From Mobula hypostoma (lineage: Eukaryota), in contig NC_086097.1 in assembly GCF_963921235.1 (NCBI RefSeq), positions 170,750,001-170,814,000 of the forward strand: DNA of 64,000 bases, given 5' to 3'. Numbering within the stretch: position 1 is the stretch's first letter; each line of letters opens with the position of its first letter. The position numbers were made by a program, and so were the translations under genes. Shown in pieces: positions 50,028-62,705 of this stretch. A model generated the notes under the pieces. That model was not told the origin of the DNA. It worked only from the letters and a program-made list of their open reading frames with translations, and searched no databases.

Positions 50028-51236
50028 TTCCAGCAAGTATAGTCTCAAGCAACTCACTTTCTCCTTGTGGGCTAACCACCTCATCTTTGAAACAACCTGG
50101 TGAACCTTCTTGCCACTCCCTCCAAAGCTAGTATATCTTTTCTTATGTAAGGAGATCAGAACTGTATGAATATTGCAGATGTGGCCCTAGCCTTATCCTG
50201 TAAAACCCTCACTCTTAAATTCAGTCACTCTGACAATGAAGCCCAACATTTTATTTGCCTTCTTTATAACCCATTGTACTACGAATCAAGCACAAACACT
50301 CCAAAGTCCCTCCGCATAAAAGCATGCTGCAGTCTTTCACCATTTAGATAATAAACTGATTGTCTATTTTTCTCCTTTCAATTTGATTTTCTATTCAATT
50401 GTGTCATCAGCAAACTCAGATAAGCCACACTTGGTCCCTCTTCAAATCATTTATGTATATTACGAACAGCTGAGGGTCAGCTCTGACACATGCGACACTC
50501 TGCTCTCCACTGACTACCAACCAGAGAAACATCAATTTGTCTGAACTCTCTGTCTTCTATTGGTTAACCAATCCTCCATCCATGCTAATACATTACCCCT
50601 AACTCCATTAATCTTTTATGGATAAATCTTTTGCTTGACACTTTGTCAAATTCCTTCTGTAAAACCAAGTTTGCAACATTCACCTTTTCTCCTTGATCCA
50701 CTGCACTCATTATATCCTCAAAGAACTCTGGTAAGTTTGTCAGACAACAGCTGCTTTCCAGAATCCATGCTGGGTCTGCCTGATGTAAGCATCTCCATAC
50801 AGATGTCTTGCTATTTCTTCCTTAATGATAGCTTCAAGCATTTTCCTGACTACAGATGTTAAACTAACTGGCCTATAGTTAGCTGCCTTCTGCCTACATT
50901 ATTTTTTATTGTGACATTCACTGTGTTCCATTCTGCCAGGACCTGGCCAGGTTCTAGAGAATTTTGTTATATTTTCACAAATGCCTCCACTGTAACTTCC
51001 GTCATTTCTTTGACTACTCTGGGATGCATTTCATCAGGACTTGTTTATCTTTAGGCCAACTACTTTGCTCAGGACTACATCTTTCTCAATAGTGATTATA
51101 TCAAGGTCATCACATCTCATTATATCCATAACATATCTCTTTGGCATGTTAGATATGTTCTCTAGTCTGAAATCTGACACAACATAGTCATTCAAAGCCT
51201 TGGCCATTTCTGCATTGCCCAACGGTAATTCTCCCT

Positions 51237-51380
51237 AGCAACACAAACAAAATGCTGGAGAAGTTTCATCATGAAGGATCTTGGTCCGAAACGTCAACAA
51301 TACTCTTTTCCATACATGCTGCCTGGCCTGCTGAGGTCCTCCAGCATTTTGTGCCCTTTGCTTTAGATTTTCTTGGGTTA
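51237..51380. mobile_element. Short Penelope-like fold-back insert
   Basis: Imperfect 12-bp TSD gtaattct(c/t)cct; an inverted arm followed by ATGA-A-GGAT cttg GTCC-GAAA-CGTC. Confidence 0.72.
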
Positions 51381-53915
51381 GTAATTCTTCCTTCTCATCT
51401 TCAAAGAGACCTCCGTTGACTTCACATAGAACAGTACAGTACAGGCTCTTCAGCCTACAGTGTTTTACCAACCTTTTAACCTACTCCAAGATCAATCCAA
51501 CACTCTCCCCCCTCCCACAGAACCCATAACCCATAACCTTCCATTTTTCTCTATGTGCCTATCTAAATGTCTCTAATGTATCAGCCTCTACCACCTCCCC
51601 TGGCAGTGCATTCCATGCACTACCACTCTCTGTATAGAAAATTTACTGCTGACATCTCCCTTAAACTTTCCTCCACTCACCTCTGGTATTAGTCATTGTT
51701 GCCCAGGGAAAAAGGTGTGGGCTGTTCATTCTATCTATGTCTCTTATAATCTTTCGCACTCCTATCAAGTTGCTCCACATCCTCCTACACGCCAAAAAGA
51801 AAAGCCCTAGTTCAACCTTTCTTCATAAGAAATGTTCTCTAATTCAGTCAGCATCCTGGTAAATCTCAAGTGCACCCTCTCTAAAGCTTTCACATCCTAT
51901 AATGAGGCAAACAGAACTAAACACAATAATCCAAATGTGGCTTGACCAGAGTTTTATGGAGCTGCAACATTATCTTGCAGCACTTGAACTCCATCCCCTG
52001 ACCAATGAAGGCCAACACACCTCACGTCGTCTTAATCACCCAATGAAAGCACAACTTTGAGGGCTCAATGGACTGGACAAGCTATTTTTTACCTGCATTA
52101 TATAATTCCATAAAGCTGAATAATTATAAAAACAGATCTAATTACAAAATCCTTTACCGTCTGCTTTTTAAAAATATTTTGTAGTATTTCTCTTGTACAA
52201 AATAGAAAAAACATATAGTAAAAATTTCCCGCAGGAATTTCAAGAATCTCTGGTGACATACCAAATTTCCTCAAACTTCTAATGAAATAGAGCTGTTGGT
52301 GTATCTTTCACATGATTGCATCAGTATCTTGTGTCGGTAATGTAGTATTGTCTTAATAGGATACTGCAATCATTGAATAAAGCTCCTTTGAAAAAGGAAA
52401 AATAAAGTGAGAGCCAGACTGGTTATAGAGGTTAAGATGGGAAAAAAAATAAATAAGGGAACAAAGTGAGAATATAAGAGGAGGCTGGCATCAAGCATTA
52501 AAAGGAATCAGAAATTACTTCTTAGGCATATGAATGGGGAAGGACTTGTAAGGGAAAGGTGAGGCCAATCCGAGACTAGCAAAGAAATCTACAGACAGAG
52601 GAGGAGGACAGTCCTTCACATCAGTCTTCACCAGGGAAAAATAAGCGGCTGGAGTCATAGCAAAGGGAGTGTAATTGAGATTCTGTAAAGGGATGAGAAT
52701 TGATATAAAGGAGGGTGTAACAGAGATGCTGCGCTTCATATGGATAAACTATCAGGTCCAGATTAGTTGCATCCTGAGTCATGGAGGGAGGGAGGGAGGA
52801 AGATTCAGAGGGCCTGGCTGCTATCTTTAAATCTAGTCTCAAGAGTGGCATCCGAGTGCAAGAAAGTTCAAAGAATATATGTTTGTTCAAACAATGATGC
52901 ATTACAGACCAGTAGTTTAAACACTGTACTGGGGAAAATTCTAGACACGATAAAAAGAGTTAGAACTGGCAGTCACTTTTTCCCCCGGGATCAATAAAGT
53001 GTGACTATGACTATGAAGTGTGGATCAATTAGAGAAAGGCAGCCAGGACTTGGTATTGATTTTAGTTTCTTATTGTCACATACCAAGATACAGTGATAAC
53101 TTTGTCTTGCACAGTATTTATGCAGATCAAATCATTACACTGTACATTGAAGTAGAACAAGTTACAACAATGACAATGCAGAATAAAGTGTAAGAGCTAT
53201 TGAAAAAGTGCAGGACAGCTAAATGATAAAGTGAAAGATCATAATGAGCTAGACTGTGAGGCTAAGAGTCCATCTTATCCTACAAGAGGTCCATTCAAGA
53301 GTCAGTAACAGTGGAATGGAAGCTGCCTTTCAGCCTGGTGATACATGCCTTCAGGCTTTTGTACCTTTGGCAGGATAGGAAAGGGGAGAAGAGAGAATGT
53401 TTGGGATGCATGGGGTCTTTGATTATGCTGGCTGCTTTACTGAGGCAGTGAGAAATGTAGACAGAGTCCATAGAGGGAAGTCTGGTTCCTGTGATGTGCT
53501 GAGTTGTGTTCACAGCTCTCTGTAGTTTCTTGTGGTCATGCGTAGAGTAGTTGCTATACCAAGCTGTTATGCATCTTTTTAGAATTCTTTCTATGGTGCA
53601 TCAACATATCATGTTCAACAAACGGTAAAGCTTTTTTGATGATGTTTCAGAGAGGGTTGGCAGATTGGGGTGTTGTCATATGAGGAGGGACAAAGTAGAC
53701 TGAGCCCAAATGCTCCAGAGTTTTGTCAAAAAATGCTGATCTTACATAAATTCCATACAGGGCTTGACTGGCTGGAGGTGGAGTTAAATTTTTTTCCTGG
53801 CAACGGTATGTAGAACCAGTTGGTCATAATCTTAAGGAAGGGGTCATTCACTTGGACATAGAAATGAGACTGATGTTGACAGGAAGAGCCATTAGGTCTA
53901 TGGATCCATCTATAG

Positions 53916-54002
53916 CAGGTGTTTAAAACATTTTTTATGGCATGGGCCAATACTATTAAACAAAGAACAAAGGGTCTGTGGATCTGGGGTTGGGAACCCC
54001 AG
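53916..54002. mobile_element. 87-bp hAT-type MITE
   Basis: Perfect 8-bp TSD ATCTATAG (53908-53915, 54003-54010); right end GGTTGGGAACCCCAG. Confidence 0.78.
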
Positions 54003-55182
54003 ATCTATAGTATGCCAGTGCAGTACCCCTCATTTCTCTTTACTGGCTATTTCTCCTCATCAACCCAAAACATTAACTATCATACTATCTTCACACATAA
54101 TGCCTGACCCACTGAGTTCTCTCTGAGGCTAATTCCTCCAGTCATTAGGGTTCACATTTGTCTGTTTCTGAGATGTTATTCCTGCATGTTGGCGAAAGAC
54201 TGAAGCAGTGTTGAGTTTCATAGGACAAAAACAGAAAATGCTGGAAACACTCAACAGGTCAGACAGCATTTGTGGAGGGAGAAACGGATCTGTGATATTT
54301 TTCAGGTCTGTGACCTTAAGTCAGAAATGTGAAAGAGAGAGATTTACATGGGTTTCCAGTATCTAACTTTCCCAGGTCTTGCAATGAGTTGCAGACCTAA
54401 AAAGGAAAGTTTCTCTCATCACAGATGCTGCTTGACTTATTTTGTGTTTCTAGCTGGCTTAATTGCAGATTCCACTATCTGCATTTTTGTGATTTTTTAA
54501 GTTCCTAGTCCCTGGTATGGCTGTGGGAAATGGCTAACCTGTAGTGTAACAAATAGCACACCATTATGCAGGAACTTATAGATAGTGAAATTACTGCAAA
54601 GCAGCCAACATATTTAGAGATTCCACCTACTCTGGACATTCTCACATCCCCTCCTCTCCCATTGGGCAGAAAATAAGAAAGCTTGAAAACTCAAACTACC
54701 TGACTCAACGATAATTTTTATCTTGCTATGACATTATTGAATGGTCACCTAGTATGATAAAATTGATCCTTAATCACACAGTCTATCCCATCATGGCCTT
54801 AGTGCCTTAGTGTCTGCCTGCACTGCACTTTCTCTGTAACTGTTACACTTTATCCTGCACTCAGTTATTACCTCATTGTACAGATGAGATGAAATAAGAT
54901 GATCGCATGCAAAACAATGTTTTTCATCATGCCTTGATACAGTGTTTTGGTGAAGTTATGGCAGTAGAAATAGGTGGTCTTAGTGATGGTGCAGCTTGAA
55001 GCTCACTTCAAGGTCAAAGGTAAAACCAACTTTGCCAAAAGGCTAGGCTGGTCAGGTCAAGAGTGGCCAGGACACAGAAATTGTGGTAGGGATTGGAGAG
55101 GAGGATTGTGGTTGTACTCATCAGTGCATTAAGACCCATGATACTTACATCAAGAAAGCAGTGATTTATTTATGAGATGGAA

Positions 55183-55360
55183 GAAGTTCTGCAGTTGCTG
55201 GAAATATTGAGCAATATACACCAAGTGCTAGAGTAACTCAGCAGATCAGGTGGTATCTATGGAGAGGAGTTATCCAGTCGGTGTTTCAAGCTGAGACTCT
55301 TCATCAGGACCTGCAATAGTCCTGATGAAAGATCTCAGTCTAAAACTTAGACTGTTTATT
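55183..55360. mobile_element. Penelope-like inverted pair with back-to-back hammerhead motifs
   Basis: ...gagactcttcatcaggac-ctgcaata-gtcctgatgaaagatctcagtct... Confidence 0.72.
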
Positions 55361-56939
55361 TTTCCTTTGGCATTCTGTGTGCATTACTATTTGTGAGGTG
55401 GAATGTTTAACCTGCTTGCAAGTTGAGACTTTGAGATTTTGCTGTAGAGTGGGCATTTTAGTCAATATTACATTATTTACAAGAAGGAACACTGAAGGAG
55501 TTTGCTGCCCACAGTTTATATTGATACCCAAGGAATGGTAGTTTAGAAATTAGAGCTTTTCCATGCTCAGATTGCAGGTAAATATGTTTCTTTTTCCCAT
55601 GTTAGATCATCGTCTGTGCTACAACCAGATCTGTGATCATAGATATAAATTGGCTGATGTAGGTGCAACTTATGACTATCGTTTATTGACCCTAACAGAG
55701 AACAGATCCCACAGCGAAGAGACATGAATTACAGGGCCCCGTAGATGACACCAATCTTTCACCCCAGCCTCTTATTGCTCGGTACCATGTATAGAATATG
55801 CAGAAATATCCTGTGTTCCAGATCCATGGTAATGTAGCAGTTAGCGTGACACTATTACAGCTCGGGGCGTTGGAGTTCGAGTTCATCTCTGACATTATCT
55901 GTAAGGAGTCTGTACATCCTACCCGTGGAATGCTTGGGTTTTCTCTGAGTTCTCAGTTTTCTCCCACAGTCCAAAGACATACCAGTTAGTAGCTTAATTG
56001 GTCATTCTAAATTCTCCCATGATTAGGCTAGGATTAAATCAGGAGTTGTAGGCCGTGCAGCTGAAAGGGCCAGAAGGACCTATTCATTCTGTATGTTAAT
56101 AAATGAATGAATGAATAAATAAACAAACAAACAAACACATAAATAAATAAATATATTCACCAGCTTGACAAGTTTGTTTTTATAATGGTGTGGAGCAATC
56201 ACAGCATAGGCCTCAATCAGAGACAGTCATGACACGCTGGAGATTGCTGCTTACCCCTACCTAGGTTTTCCCTTACCTCCATGGTGATCTTTTCTGCGGC
56301 TGCATATAAGAACAAGAACAAGAATAAGCATCTTGGTTGACGTGGACAAACTGGGCCTGTTTCGATGCTTCATTACACTGTAACTCCATGACAGTACCAG
56401 TATATCCCTCCTTGGAGGTCAGATCCAGGTGTGGTCACTCTAGGGTTTATGTAATTATAGCAAGAGTCTTCACTCTTCAGATTCAAGGCTTTTAGTACTG
56501 TATTAATTTCTAATTGTTTGCTGCAGCTAGAGTGAGCAGCATAACAATGACATGGCAGCTGTAACTTCCATGTTCAGTGGCTTTTGGGAGCCACCCATCT
56601 TAGCATAATTTCTGTGCCTCAAATGCCACAGCTTTGAATGTACTTTACTCTTAAGTTCTCAGGAGGTCTTAGTATCACACTACTAAGAGTGTACTTAAAG
56701 ATGGTGAAATTCAATTTCTAAGCCAGCACATTATGTTCTGATTGTCTTCTGACTCATTCTGTACAGTCCTGTGTATTCATGGTTAGCCTTAGGCAACACT
56801 TCACTCTTGTTCCAAAGACAAGAAGAGTGGAATGCACACCCAAAGTAGTGAGTTTGGACCAGAATGTGTCACCAGAGTGAGTTCAGGTGTGAGGGGCAGG
56901 TTTGTTACTGGAATGAGGTTTGGAGTGATAAATAGGTGT

Positions 56940-58255
56940 CACACACACAAAATGCTGGAGGAACTCGGCAGGCAAGGAAACATCTATGGAAATGAATCGA
57001 TTGTCAACATTTCAGGCTGAGACCCTTCATCAGGACTGGAAAGGAAGGGGGATAATGCCAGATTTAAGAACGTGAGGGGGACAGGAAGGAAGACAATCTA
57101 CGTTTGTAGAAGGTGATAGGTCAAGTCTGGTTGGGGGAGGGGCAATGAACTAAGAAGCTGGGAGGTGATAGGTGAAAAACAAAGAAGGACTCTCATAGGA
57201 GAGGAGAGTGGACCATGGGAGAAAGGGGAGGCACTAGGGGAGAGGATTAATAGGTGAGGAGGTAAGAGGCAGAGTGGAAGAAGGAAGGGAGAGGGGAAAA
57301 AATTAACTGGAAAGAGATATCAAAGTTCGTGGCATCAGGATGGAGCCTACCTAGATGGAATATAAGCCGTCACTCCTCCAATCTAAGAGTGGCCTCATCG
57401 TGATTGAAGAGGAGTGACATCAGAGACTGACATGTCGAAAATGGAATGGGGATAGAAATTAAAATGTTTGGCCATCAGGATATTCTGCTTTTTTTGGATG
57501 GAGTGGAGGTACTTGACAAACCTGTCCCTCAACTTACATCAGATCTCACTAATGTAGAGGAGGCCGTATCTGCAGTACCGAATATAGTAGATGATGTCAA
57601 TAGACTCACAGGTGAAGTGTTGCCTCACCTGGAAAGACTGTTTGGAGCCCTGAATGGAGGTGAGGGAGGAGGTGAATGGGCAAGTGTAGCACTTCTGTCA
57701 TTTGCAGGGATATATGCCAAGAGGGAGATTAGTAGAGAGGGATGAATGGACAAGGGAGTCATGGAGGCAGTGATACAGTGGAGAGCAGAGAGTGGGATGG
57801 GGGCAGGTAAAGATGTGTTTGGTGCTAGGGTCCCGCTGAAGATGGCAGAAGTTGTGGAGAATGATATGTTGGATGCAAAGGCTCATGTGGTAGGTGAGGA
57901 CAAGTGGAACCCTATCCCCGTTAAGGCAGCGGATGGGGTGAGCATGGATATCTGGGAAATGGAGGAGATGTTGTTGAGGACAGTTTTAATAGTGGAGGAA
58001 CGGAAGCCCCTTTTTTTTTGAAGAAGGAGGGTATTTCTAATGTTCTGGAAATGAAAGCCTCATGCTGGGATTAGATACAGTGGAGGTGAAGAAACTGAGA
58101 AAAGGGAATAGCATTTTTACAGGAGGCAGGGCGGGAAGAGGTATAGTCAAAATAGCCATGGGAATCAGTAGGTATATAAAAGATGTCAGTAGACAGATCA
58201 TGAAAGGGAAGCGAGGTGTCATTAATGAACCAAAGCTAAGTGAATTTAAGGGCAG
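56940..58255 (-). mobile_element. Penelope-like element, 5'-truncated (RT C-terminus, GIY-YIG endonuclease, UTR, hammerhead, terminal segment), decayed
   Basis: rc DIFYIPTDSHGYFDYTSSRPASCKNAIPFSQFL (PLE RT thumb) and HFTCES.DIIYYIRYC.YGLLYISE...LRDRFV.YL.SI (GIY-YIG). Confidence 0.85.
57003..57036 (-). ncRNA. Minimal hammerhead ribozyme motif with intact core boxes, antisense to the cadherin
   Basis: rc gtc-CTGATGA-AGG gtctcag CCT-GAAA-TG-TT-gac. Confidence 0.65.
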
Positions 58256-58265
58256 GTGTGTCACA

Positions 58266-58800
58266 GGACACGAGATTTTGCAGATGCTGGAAACTTGAGT
58301 AATACACATAAAATGCTGGAGGAGCTCAGCAAGTCAGGCAGCATTTATGGAAGGACATAAACAAACAATATTTTAGGTTGAGATCCTTCATCAGGATGGA
58401 AAGGAAGGAGACAGAAGCCAAAATAAGAAGGTAGAGGGAAGGAAAGGAGGACAAGGCATAGATGATAGGTGAGACCAGGTGAGGGGAAAGATGAGTGGCT
58501 TGGGAGGGGGTGGACTGATGTGAGAAGCTGCGAGTTGATAGGTGGAAGAGGTAAATGGCTGAAGAAAGAGGCATCTAATGATATAGCACAGTAGAATCAA
58601 GGGAAGCAAGTGAAGACCCAGAGGTCATGAGCATAGAGAGGAGAAGAAAAGAGGTGAGAGGGCCGCCAGAATGGGGGGTACAGGGAAGGGGGAAACAGAG
58701 GGGATTGGTTCCCGGAGGTCAGAGAAATCAATGTCCATGCTATCAGGTTGGAGGATACCCAGATGGATTAGGAGGTATTTCTCCTCAGACCTCACAGGAC
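58266..58800 (-). mobile_element. Second Penelope-like 3' fragment, adjacent and in the same orientation
   Basis: RSEEKYLLIHLGILQPDSMDIDFSDLR (ORF 58625-58948), UTR, decayed CTGATGA motif at ~58388 and family tail. Confidence 0.8.
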
Positions 58801-58829
58801 TCACAAGAGAGGGATTAGATGTGAGGAAT

Positions 58830-61510
58830 ATATATGCCGTATAGAGTGGTACATGTTGAGGCCTTGAAGAGAGAATATAAATAGTCATGTAGGAAGCCGA
58901 AAAACAGGACTTCAAGGGTAGTAATCTCTTGATTGTTGCCTGTGCCATGCACCGGTGAGGGTAAGATAGGATAATTTGGCAGATGAATGCATGGCTGAGG
59001 AATTGATGCAGGGAGGAGGATTTCAGATTTCTGGATCATTGAAATCTCCTCTGGGGAAGGTATGACCTGTGCAAAAAGGATGAGTTACACCTGAACCTGA
59101 GGGGGACAATATCCTTATGGGCAGATTTGCTAAGATTGTTGGGAAAAGTATAAACTAATTTGGCAGGGTAATGGGAAATGGATTGATACAATAGAGGATG
59201 GGGCAGTTAGTATACAAGTAGATGCAGTTTGTAGCGAGACCATGAGAAAGGACAGGCAGATGACAGGGCAAATGTAGTTAGTGGGATGGGATGAAGAGTG
59301 TCTTTAAACTAAATAATAGGTTCAAAAGTTCAGCAGTTTGGAAAAGTGAGGATAAAGGGAAGTGAAGGAGACTGCAGGAGAGAATATAAAAGTCTCCGGA
59401 ATAAATAAAAAGCCAAAAAGTTTTTAAAGGTATGAAAATTTGATTTCTGATAACATAGATGTAAAATTGAAAAGGGTGATGAATACAGGTCTAAAGATTT
59501 TATAGTTAAATTCATGCAGTTTATGGAATAAGATAGATGATCTTGTAGCACAGTTAGAGATATACAGTTATGACGTTGTGGGCAGCACTGAGACATGGCT
59601 GAAAGGAGATTATACTTGGGAGCTTAATATCAAAGGATACACCTTCTATTGAAAGGAGAGGCAGGTAGGTAGAGTGGGTGGGGTGGCTCTGTTGGTAAAA
59701 ATTAAAATTCTTAGAAAGAGATGACATAGGATCAGAATATGTTGAATCTTTGTGAGTAGAATTAAGAAATTCCAAGTGTAAAACAAGTCACATAAAGAAT
59801 TCTCAACAGTAGCCTGGATGTAGGCTACAAATTACAACAGGGTATACAAAAAGGATGTATAAAAGGCAATGCTATGGTAATTATGGGGACTTCAATACCC
59901 AGGTAGATCGGGAAAATCAGCTACGTGCTGGATCCCAAGAGAAGATATTTGTAGAATGCCTCCTGGATGTCTTTTTAGAGACAGCGTAGTTTTCAGTCCA
60001 TTTAGGAAAAGGCAATTCTAGACTGGGTTTTACTTAATGAACTCAATTTGATTAGAGTTTATGGTAAAGAAAGCCTTAGGAAATGGTGATCATAATATGA
60101 TAGAATTCACACTGCAGTATGAGAAAAAATAAGATGAATCAGTATTACAGTAAAGTAAAGAGATCGGAGGCATGAGGGAGGAGCTGGCCAAAGTTGATTG
60201 GATGATGGCTGACAGTAATGGCTGGAGTTTCTGGGATCAATTCAGGCTCAGGATGGACACATCCCAAAGAAGAAGTATTCTAAATGCAGCATGAGACAAC
60301 CATGGCTGACAAGGGAAGTTAAAGTCAGCGTAAAAGCAAAAGAAAGGGCATATAATAGAGTAAAAATTAATTGGTAGCTAGAGGACTGCGAGGCTTTTAA
60401 AAACCAACTGAAGGCAACTAAAAAAAACAATAAGGAGAGAAAAGATGAAATATGAAGATAAATTAGCCAATAATTTAAAAAAATATCAAAAGTTTTTTAG
60501 ATATATAAAGAGTAAAAGAGAGGTGAGAATGGACATTGGACCTTTAGAAATGGTGCTGGAGAGGCAGTAATAGGGGACAAAGAAATGGTGGATGACTCAA
60601 TAAGTATTTTAAGTCAGTCTTGACTGTGAAAGACATCAGCAGAATGCTGGAAAATCAAGAGTGTCAAGTCGCAGAAATAAGTGTAGTTGCTATTACTAAA
60701 AAGAAGGTACTTGGGAAGCTGAAAAGTCTGAGGGTAAATAAGTCACCTGGACCAGATGGTCTACACGGCAGGATTCTGAAAGAGGTAGCTGAAAAAATTG
60801 TAGAGGCATTAATATTGAGCTTTCAAGAATCACTAGATTCTGGAATGGTTCCAGAGGACTGGAAAATTGCAAATGTCACTCCACTCCATAAGGGAGTGAG
60901 GAAAAGACAGGGAATTATAGGCCAGTCAGCCAGACTACAGTGGTTAGTAAGATGCTGGAATCTATTATTAAGGATGATGTTTCGGGGTATTTTGAGGCAT
61001 ATGACAAAATAGGCTGAAATCAGCATTGTTTCCTTAAGGCAAATTCTTGACAGCCAAATTTGTTGAAATTCTTTGAAGAAATAACAGGCAGGATAGACAA
61101 AGGAGAATCAGTGAATATTGTTCATTGGATTTTCAGAAGGCCTTTAACAGGATGCCACACTTTAAGGCTGCTAAACAAAATATGAGCAGATGGTATTACA
61201 GGAAAGATACTAGCATGGATAGAAGATCAGCTGACTGGCAGGAGGCAGCGAGTGGGAATAAAAGGGACCTTTTCTGGTTAGCTGCTGGTGATTAGTGGTG
61301 TTTTGCAAGGGTCAGTGTTGGGACCGCTTCTTTTCACGTTATATGTGAATGATGTGGATGATGAAATTGATGGCTTTGTGACCAAGTATGCTGACAATAT
61401 GAAGCTAGTGAAAAGACAGGTAGTGTTGAGGAAGCAGTGAGACTGTGGACTGACTTGGATAGATTAGGAGACAGGGCAAAGAAGTGTAGGGAAGTGCATG
61501 GTCATGAACA
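58830..61510 (+). mobile_element. Long decayed CR1 LINE (ORF1 esterase end, APE, RT to the FADD motif)
   Basis: SRVVIS.LLPVP...NAWL..C....F.FLD; YDVVGSTETWL; LRVNKSPGPDGLHGRILKEVAE...VPEDWKIANVTPL; QGSVLGPLLF.LYVND...YADN. Confidence 0.88.
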
Positions 61511-62399
61511 TGTGAACAATAGCTCACTATTACTCTTATGAAATATTAATTAATTAATTAATTATTTTAGGAATGTTTTAGGACATTTTTGGAACAGTTT
61601 CTTCCCTTCCATCGTCAGATCTCTGAACGGACAATGAACCAGGCCATGAAAGCTATCTATAACCATATAACATATAACAATTACAGCATGGAATCAGACC
61701 ATCTTGGCCCTACTCGTCCGTGCCGAACTCTTACTCTCACCTAGTCCCATCTACCTGCACTCAGCCCATAACCCTCTATTCCTTTCCTGTCCATATACCT
61801 GTCCAATTGTTTTTTAAATGACAAGATTGAACCTGCCTCTACCATTTCTACTGGAAGCTCGTTCCACACAGCTACCATTCTCTGAGTAAATCTGAAAACC
61901 TCTTCAATTTGTTTAATGTATCACACTTTACTGCTGCCACAGAAAAACACATTTCATGATAAATATCAGTGACAATAAACCTGATTCTAATTTGGATTCT
62001 GAAGTACAGTGTAGGTCAACAATAATAGAAGGGTAAGAGAATAGTTGGTGAATTAAAGTTATATATTATTCAATATATGTTTAAAAATTTTGACTGCAAT
62101 GCCTTTGAGTAAAAGAACATCAGTGAAAGAGATACTTGATGTTCCAGACAATATCAACCCTCTGGGTAATCTTTGAAGTTACTGATCGTTATGTGAAGGC
62201 ATAAAATCAAAATACAGGGCAAAATCAACTGTTTCGTAAATCTTGCCTCACAGTAATCTAATTGAGAGCTTTGCAAGTCACTCTCAAATCTGGCCCCATT
62301 GTGAAGTCCCATTTGTGAAGAGCAGTTTACACTTAACCTTGTCAGCTTTACGGGGATAGTTAGGTCTTATACCCGCGACTCGATGTTGTGAATTCCCAA

Positions 62400-62705
62400 A
62401 GCAATAATGAGGGATTGATGCTGTATCAGTGGGTGGTGAGTCTGAGACAAGATACTTCCTGCTCTCACGGGAGGTAGCAATAGATCCTTTCAATGACACT
62501 TCAGAGAGGAGCAGTGAGCTCTCTTTGTGTCCTGACCAGCGTGGAAGCCTTCAGCAAATATTACAGGAAAAGTTAGCACATTGCTCTCCATAGGATTTGA
62601 TGTTCATGGGTTGGTTGCTACATTTTGTACATTGCATCTCAATAGTATTTAACTGCCTGTGAGATGCTGCGGGATCTTCTGAGCACATAAAAACGACATA
62701 TAATG
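62400..62705 (+). mobile_element. Ancient SINE remnant, possibly Deu-domain type; a similar piece lies at ~805-900
   Basis: Degenerate resemblance to the Deu core (agatcc...gacact...gaggagcag...tgtcctg.cca...cacattgct...), recalled from memory. Confidence 0.35.

Larger units (their letters stand above)
49345..51420 (-). mobile_element. Decayed CR1-type LINE hosting three Penelope-like inserts
   Basis: MAKALNDY..S.F..E and V.SK..GLKINKS; QHGF.K..C.TNL.EFFEDI; 3' RT remnants. Confidence 0.75.
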
